From Nemertoderma westbladi (lineage: Eukaryota > Animalia > Xenacoelomorpha), in the NCBI GenBank assembly GCA_032718475.1, contig JAUCBJ010009086.1, positions 1-40,726 of the forward strand: a stretch of DNA of 40,726 nt, in the 5' to 3' direction. A program made the translations under genes and the position numbers. This document shows, one piece after another, positions 33,069 to 40,726 of the stretch. Numbering within the stretch: position 1 is the first letter of the stretch; the number at the start of each line of letters is the position of its first letter. The notes under the pieces are model-generated. The model did not search any database, was not told the DNA's origin, and saw only the letters and a program-made list of their open reading frames with translations.

Positions 33069-33350
33069 GGGGCCGTCCATAAATGACGTCACTCACCGCA
33101 GGGAGGGGGGTTTGGGTCTGAGAATTCGTGACAAATTGTGACAAGGGAGAGTGGAGGTCAGAGAATTTGTTACAAAGTGTGACAAGGGAGAGTGGGGGTC
33201 AGAGAATTCGTTACAAAGGAGAGTGGAGGTCAGAGATTTTACATACAAATTGTGACAAGGTGAGGGGGCAGAGAATTTGTGACAAATTATGACAATAGGA
33301 GGGGGGGGGGGTCAGTGGATACCAAGAATACTGTAGATGGAAAATTTGAG
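33069..33350 (+). mobile_element. One end of a DNA-transposon-derived MITE (possibly Harbinger-like) with TGTGACAAGGG repeats; duplicated at ~37025
   Basis: TTA|GGGGCCGTCCATAAATGACGTCAC followed by repeated GTGACAAATTGTGACAAGGGAGAG. No matching far end was found. Confidence 0.45.
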
Positions 33351-33585
33351 TGACAATACACGTCCTGCAGTGTCTCCCCACACACGTCCTGCAGTGTCTC
33401 CCCACTGCGGATACATAATTTGCTGCATGCATCCCAGCAAACCGTCGCTCTCCCCATGTAATACCGTGTGGGCATTAAGATTACCGTTCTTTGCGCACGA
33501 TTAAGTTTGGGCGCGGCTCACCAATTTTGTACGTCCGTTTCCGTCTATTAAGGGGGGGGGGGGGGGGGGGTGTACCCCCCTCAGG

Positions 33586-34663
33586 TTCGGTAAGTATACT
33601 TCGGTAAGTATAAATACGGGGACACCGGTAAGTATAAATACTGGGACACCGGTAAGTACAAATACTGGGACACAGGTAAGTATAAATACTGGGACATCGG
33701 TAAGTATAAATACTGGGACATCGGTAAGTATAAATACTGGGACACCGGTAAGTACAAATACTGGGACACAGGTAAGTATAAATACTGGGACACCGGTAAG
33801 TATAAATACTGGGACATCGGTAAGTATAAATACTTGGACATCGGTAAGTATAAATACTGGGGCATCGGTAAGTATAAATACTGGGACACCGGTAAGTATA
33901 AATACTCCCACACCGATAAGTATAAATACTGGGACATCGGTAAGTAAAAAAATACTGGGACATCGGTAAGTATAAATACGGGGACACCGGTAAGTATAAA
34001 TACTGGGACACCGATAAGTATAAATACTGGGACATCGGTAAGTATAAATACTGGGACACAGGTAAGTATAAATACTGGGACATCGGTAAGTAAAAAAATA
34101 CTGGGACATCGGTAAGTATAAATACTGGGACATCGGTAAGTATAAATACTGGGACATCGGTAAGTATAAATACTGGGACACAGGTAAGTATAAATACTGG
34201 GACACAGGTAAGTATAAATACTGGGACATCGGTAAGTATAAATACTGGGACATCGGTAAGTATAAATACTGGGACACCGGTAAGTATAAATACTAGGACA
34301 TCGGTAAGTATAAATACTGGGACATAGGTAAGTATAAATACTGGGAGATCGGTAAGTATAAATACTGGGACATCGGTAAGTATAAATACTGGGACATCGG
34401 TAAGTATACATACTGGGACACCGATACTGGGACACCGATAAGTATAAATACTGGGACACCGGTAAGTATAAATACTGGGACATCGGTAAGTATAAATACT
34501 GGGACATCGGTAAATATAAATACTGGGACACCGGTAAGTATAAATACTCCCACACCGATAAGTATAAATACTGGGACATCGGTAAGTAAAAAAATACTGG
34601 GACATCGGTAAGTATAAATACGGGGACACCGGTAAGTATAAATACTGGGACACAGGTAAGTAT
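33586..34663 (+). repeat. Second block of the 24-bp splice-junction minisatellite (~45 units), part of the duplication
   Basis: Same variant order as 29643-30708. Confidence 0.95.
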
Positions 34664-36289
34664 GTAAAACGTCTCACTTAACCGTTAAACGTCAATTAAA
34701 CGTACAAATTGAGATGGGTATAGGGCCTTACTTACCTCTTCAAATTGTTAATGTATGTCAATTGTTATAGTCCTGTTAAGCTTAATTCAATACATTCCTA
34801 GCGCTAAGAGAAAAAACGTACAAATATTTTCAAACGAGACACTATACCCGATCATCGCCTTTCAGAAACGGCTTATCTGATTTGCTGATAACGCAGGAGC
34901 GATCCTCGATGTCAACAACATGTGTTGTAGTGGCATTGTTGTGAGGAGCCATATAGTTGTTTGATTTAGTGGTCTTGCTTCGGCGAGTGCCGCTGATGAT
35001 TCTCCAAATATAATAGGCCTAGTTTTTATTTCTGTTTTGGTTTTGTTCTTATTATTATTCATAAATATTTACTAATTCCAAATAAATTCATAATTTCAGA
35101 GTTTCCGAATTGGAAAAAAAATTGAAAACTGTTGAAACTGCAGGACTGTGGAACGTAAATCGGGGTTGTTGTGCAGACAGCCGGGAGAACCTTGTCCGTC
35201 CGATATCGCCGATTCCTTTACGGGACGAAACTCTATCCCCGGAGTGCAACCCAAGTAGTCCGGAATACATTCCGAGTTGTAATAGTCCAGAATACATTCC
35301 GAGTTCGGAACCCAGCCTACCGTTTGAGACAACTGTCTCGGATCCCAACCCTAAACTCGTTGATGTTGACGATTTCCCTAACAATGATGAAACTCCAGAC
35401 GATGTAGATAGTGAACTGATTGAGGACGAAGGTGTCAGATCGCTTCTGGATAATATATCCCAAAGCGGTAGCTTAACTACCTTGCAATCCCTTATTACGT
35501 AAACTTATTGTACCGGTGCAAATCGTGTTAACGTGTAGTATTTATTGATGCCAGTATTATTAGATGTCGCCACAGGTGTTTAATAAATAAGTTATCGTTC
35601 CCAAGGTAATCCCGATGCAGTACAAATGATGCAGTATTCAGTACAAGCATCGGTTCAACGGCAGGCACAGCGCACCCCGCACAGGTTGATAAGAAATATT
35701 ATTTTGATAAAATAAGAAACTATTAATTATAGTACTACAGAGAACAGATTGTATACACAATAGGCCTATATAATTGACCCTATATTACTAGCACATTTGT
35801 AAACTTCTTGATACAATAAACCGAACACAATAACCACCAAGCTTAATTACCAAGAAGTACATCCAGCGATCAATAATAATATAAGAATTCCTACAAACAT
35901 TCACCAAAACATTTCTTCAATGTTCAAGTCGAGTTGGCTAAGATAAAACATATTAGTACGCAATAAAATTTAAAAGTTTTTATTCTAGGTGATTTACGAA
36001 ATAAGTGTTAGCATCTTCAATACGAGAATATTTTAATAATAAGCGAAACGCAGTATTATAAGCAACCTTCATTTTACGTAGACATTTAACTCGAAATATG
36101 AACCACAAAGCACAACCATAAATACTATAAAAGAAAGTTTTAAATAATATAACTTTGACCGACTCCGTGCAACCTGAGAACAGACGTTCTAACTGGTCAC
36201 CATGGCAATACATGTTGCTACGCGACCTTAACATATCGGATTCATCTGATAAAGTAGAAATAAATGAGTGACCGAGATATTTGTATTCT

Positions 36290-36561
36290 CTGTACGTAGG
36301 TTCTTGCCCAAGTCACCGGTGGTATCATTAGATAAAGAGTTTGTTTGTTGGCTGGACCTATGTCTAAGTGACCAAATGGAATCAAAAGAATATATGTTAC
36401 GATATGAATATCAGGAAACAGCCCTTTATCAATTCATTCAACGCGTGCGTTGATAAAGGGTTGTTGCCCGAAATATACTCATATAGTTAACATAATTTTC
36501 TTTTGATTCCATTTGGTCACTTAGACATAGATCCAGTCAGCAATACAAACTCTTTATCTAG
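36290..36561. mobile_element. Palindromic PLE-derived element, copy 3 (duplicate of copy 2)
   Basis: Same sequence as 32335-32606 at +3955. Confidence 0.7.
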
Positions 36562-37541
36562 TATTTGTATTCTTTTACACACGCTTTTACCATTTTTTTT
36601 ACCATTTAAATAGACATCCTCTACTCGACCAAATTTATAAGGATACACTGAGATTCATCAAATGCATTATCGAATTCTAGACCATTACTTTATGAAGAGC
36701 ACGTAGACCAAAAATACTGGGAGAAAAAAGACAGATATAGTCAGCGTAATATAATTGATTAAGTAACATTGTGCAAAACATGCAACCAGCTTTAATTTAA
36801 TTTAATCGAATTCTAAGATAATTTACATAAATGATCTTAGTTCGAATAGAAAATACGAAATAAATATAGTAAAGATGCGTATTTTATTAGTCTCGGATTT
36901 TTTATTAAATAATTAATTACAGTTTATTATACTCTATGCTAAATATGAAATTAGTTTTGAAAATTATTTGGCTAGTCTCTTTCTACTGTCCTTATAGCTA
37001 CGGCGGGTTAATTAGAAGGCTTTAGGGGCCGTCCATAAATGACGTCACTCACCGCAGGGAGGGGGGTTTGGGTCTGAGAATTCGTGACAAATTGTGACAA
37101 GGGAGAGTGGAGGTCAGAGAATTTGTTACAAAGTGTGACAAGGGAGAGTGGGGGTCAGAGAATTCGTTACAAAGGAGAGTGGAGGTCAGAGATTTTACAT
37201 ACAAATTGTGACAAGGTGAGGGGGCAGAGAATTTGTGACAAATTATGACAATAGGAGGGGGGGGGGGTCAGTGGATACCAAGAATACTGTAGATGGAAAA
37301 TTTGAGTGACAATACACGTCCTGCAGTGTCTCCCCACACACGTCCTGCAGTGTCTCCCCACTGCGGATACATAATTTGCTGCATGCATCCCAGCAAACCG
37401 TCGCTCTCCCCATGTAATACCGTGTGGGCATTAAGATTACCGTTCTTTGCGCACGATTAAGTTTGGGCGCGGCTCACCAATTTTGTACGTCCGTTTCCGT
37501 CTATTAAGGGGGGGGGGGGGGGGGGGGTGTACCCCCCTCAG

Positions 37542-37641
37542 NNNNNNNNNNNNNNNNNNNNNNNNNNNNNNNNNNNNNNNNNNNNNNNNNNNNNNNNNNN
37601 NNNNNNNNNNNNNNNNNNNNNNNNNNNNNNNNNNNNNNNNN
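37542..37641. other. Assembly gap (100 N)
   Basis: Run of N. Confidence 1.
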
Positions 37642-37764
37642 GTTAAATTTTCAAATTGTTGTTTCTTTATTTCACCTAGAGCAACATTTAATGAGGATAA
37701 CAAATCTGAAAACCGCTTAGTAAGACCTCTTTCAGTTCTCGAGTTATCACTGTTATTCCGTATG

Positions 37765-38210
37765 ACGGTCTGTCCGTCAATTTGTAAGAAAGGCAGAAGA
37801 CCGACAGACAGACAGATAGACTAGATTACACCAAAAATTAAAACTGACATTGGAAATGAAATCAGCGACCCCAAAAACCCCAGTAATGAACATGTTAGCT
37901 CGTTGGTGTGCATCCTTCGTGCCAGAAATAATTAACCAACTAGAACACAGACAGCCAATTTTGGCGGGACGGTTTAAACTTTGAAGGGCATTTTCTCGGA
38001 ATGACATTTTTCATTTTCAAATCACTACTCCTCCGTCATTTTTCAACCAGTTTTCTTCGTTTATGGCTCATTCGAACGAGCTTTGGAAGCTCTTTAAAAG
38101 GGCTAATTAAAAATTATATAAGATAACTTTTGTAGAGTCGATCACGCAGAGTCCAAAAAAGTGAAAATTTCTATGTAATCCTTGGTCTAACGACCGAAGA
38201 AAACTTTACT
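37765..38210. mobile_element. Possible Helitron/Helentron-associated non-autonomous element (DINE/HINE-like)
   Basis: Short GACA microsatellite near one end and a small hairpin CTTGGTC-TAAC-GACCGAAG near the other. This is an architectural resemblance only. Confidence 0.3.
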
Positions 38211-38772
38211 TTTTTTTGAAGCGATAATTCGTACATATATATCCCAGGAGATGGTGTAGAAATATCAACATAGACATATTGATTACGCCTATATAATATA
38301 TTCATTCACTCAGTGTTAATCCATCGTGTGCGACTAGACGATGAAACTGATAAGATGAAACATTTTCGTTGTTTAAGCAATGTTTACTGGTTACACACGG
38401 CTTTAATGTTTACTCCATTGGAGGTAAGGTTACAGAAGAACAGGCTGATAACCTTATACTATGAGAAGTAAAATAATATAGGCCCAGTTTGACACACAAA
38501 ACTTGACAAATAAAGGTCAGTCGTGCAACACAAAAGCCTGCGATGAATGTAAGTTGAGACATTTAAGTACAAATAATTTTCACATTTTTAGAGTAATATG
38601 ACATTATTCATCGGGTAAACTCCCATATCATATAAATAGAAAAAATAATTTATAACACTGTATAAGTTATTTTTATAATTGGAATATTCATTAACCTTCT
38701 TCGGAAAAATATTTTATAAATTACGCATAATTATTTTATAATATTTAATTGTTAGAGTACACAAGAAATTAA

Positions 38773-39498
38773 GGGGGGGGGGGGGGGTGCACCATTTTCG
38801 GACAACTCTTCGATTTATCACTCTCGGCGTTTCAGCTTTTGGTTTGGGCTATAATTTGTAATATATGTACCTAAGATGCCATTCTACATGACAGGTCAGA
38901 AAAAGTTTTTTTTTCGCAATTTAATATTAGTTAATACTAGTTAACAATAAAAAAAACTTGGTTGCGCTTAAAACCCTAAGGCTTTTATAGTTTTGAATCT
39001 AATCACATTGTCACATCACAATTTTTTTTATATGATAGATCAACGATGGGGCAACATAACTATCAGGTGAAATTTTGTGAAAATAATTCTGCACCGCTAG
39101 ATGGCGCTGCAAATTTATGCTAATTTTTAGGTTTGTTATAAATAGTATTAAATTTTATTAACAAAAAATTTCGAAAAGTTGTCTGATACTTGTATGCAGG
39201 GTGGCTATGTAGACACAATCAGAAATTTTCAGACTAATTGGTCAAAAATTGTAGAAGATGTAGGGCTTCGAAGTTGACAATTTCATAAAAAAATATTTTG
39301 AGATATAATCGACCTTTCCTTATTCATAGGGCCTAGTAATAATAGTAATTTCAATATGTCTCTCTAAATGGAAATTTTTATATCTTGAAGAAAACTAAAA
39401 GAGCTATTATATAGCGGTTTTCAGATTTGGAAACACGCAGTACAATCGATCATAAAAATAATTTCGACATATTTTGGACCAAAATGGTGTACCCCCCC
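38773..39498. mobile_element. TIR element (possibly Kolobok-like MITE)
   Basis: TTAA|GGGG...GTGCACCATTTT at the left and AAAATGGTGTACCCCCCC at the right. The right flank lacks TTAA. Confidence 0.5.
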
Positions 39499-39772
39499 TC
39501 GCGTGGCTAATGATGCAGTATGAGCACGTTGAATATAGCTTAATTATAGCAAAAGTCAGCTGCATGTTACTATGCAAACATTCATCATTATTAATTTTCA
39601 TTATAAATGTTTCTAGCTGCAACCGGACCCGTTATTGCTGTTGTTGCAGACACTAAAATATCAACAACTTTTGTTGGTGGGACTTGGGGACGAGCGACGA
39701 GGTAAAGGGGTAAATAATTCGATGTGTAAAATACTTGAGTTTTGTTTAATTAATTGTTTTAGTAATTGTGGT

Positions 39773-40726
39773 TGTAAAAGCTTCTGTGGGATATAACTGG
39801 CCCCTTTGCTTCGCAATCCAGTTTCCCCCTAGGCGCTGGAATACTCTAAAAGGGTTCTCTAACTGTATATATATTCCCCTTGCCCGCAAAGTACCGTTAC
39901 AGGTGTTTTTAACGGACATAAAAGTCATTCTTCTATATACGTGTTTTAGCGGACATGATAAGGCAAAAAACCCGCAATACGGCAAATACTTTTACACAGC
40001 TTAGCCGTGATGATTCAGATTACGACATCTAACAGCTGGTTGCTTAAATGGAAACAGCCATTGGACGCATGGTTCTTTGTTTGGCTTCAGCCAATCAGAG
40101 CGATTCTCTCTGTTGATGTGGAGCTTTGAGCCGATCATACTGGGATTGTTCAGTCTTACAGTTTTTTACTGATACTTTGTTGTTATTGCTGTCTAAGCCA
40201 GAAACAACGGCTCTAAAAAGAAACATTAGTATGCTTAAGATTATAGAGCATATGACTGTTGTCAAATCAAATCAAATCGGCGGCACAATTCTTAACATAT
40301 CACTGTACATATCTGTTCATATTATATCTTAACCTACCGTCTTAATGTTTTTACTGTTGTCATATTTTATATCAGTTGATTGAATATTATCTGGAGAACA
40401 TTTATAAAGAACCCAAATTTCCCAATTTTCTTGATACACTACAGGTTAGAAAGACGGGTTATATATAGCGATTGCGACTTATATTATTGTGGTGTGTATT
40501 GAATTTAATGCTATTTGATAAGCACTACATTGGTCCGTTGCTATTTTCTTTATATATGATAAAATTCATTGACGGTCGGCAAGTTAGTGAGCAGTATTGT
40601 GTGTTACCGGTAGCGTGCATGATTGTGGCTGATAACTAAGCATTTCCTAAAGAATGCGCCTCATACGTGAATCATAAGCCTTACCGACTTACCGTTGTGA
40701 TTAGTGTAAGTCATATCTCTGTCTAT
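39773..40726 (+). mobile_element. Diverged LTR of the same BEL/Pao family, opposite orientation, truncated by the window end
   Basis: Starts TGTAAAAGCTTCTGTGGGATATAACTGG and is colinear with the reverse complement of 13276-14511, with many substitutions and indels. Confidence 0.93.

Larger units (their letters stand above)
29643..37541 (+). repeat. Near-identical ~3.95-kb tandem duplication (29643-~33585 and 33598-37541)
   Basis: Identical ORF translations at a 3955-bp offset (3956 after a 1-bp indel). The second copy ends at the N gap. Confidence 0.95.

Noticed and set aside
37679-37824. CCDC149 exon 4
   Set aside because: An AG acceptor exists, but the translation lacks the expected V/IxELExKL continuation and the sequence looks repeat-derived.

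Overview
Eukaryotic, AT-rich, repeat-rich genomic DNA, almost certainly from an invertebrate animal (spliceosomal GT-AG introns, CCDC149, BEL/Pao, RTE, Penelope-type and hAT/MULE-type elements). Three host genes are visible. (1) The 3' part of an intron-containing gene ending in a pesticin-C-terminal-like (bacterial/phage-type muramidase) domain (1-1621). (2) An intronless, divergent mitochondrial PDH E2/DLAT-like gene (16140-17675). (3) Three coding exons of CCDC149 (21871-24585). A recent non-autonomous 10.5-kb BEL/Pao LTR retrotransposon (4022-14511, minus strand, near-identical LTRs, CGTAG TSD) is nested in a Mutator-like MITE. It lacks RT and integrase, carries extra 3' ORFs with zinc knuckles, and has no tRNA-type PBS; instead, a 12-mer at the PBS position is complementary to its own LTR. 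The CCDC149 exon-3/intron junction has expanded into a ~130-unit 24-bp minisatellite, interrupted by an RTE LINE. Three small palindromic elements carry minimal hammerhead-ribozyme motifs and occur as flip/flop isomers. A ~3.95-kb tandem duplication abuts a 100-N gap and may be an assembly artefact. All family assignments come from motif recognition by eye, not from database searches.
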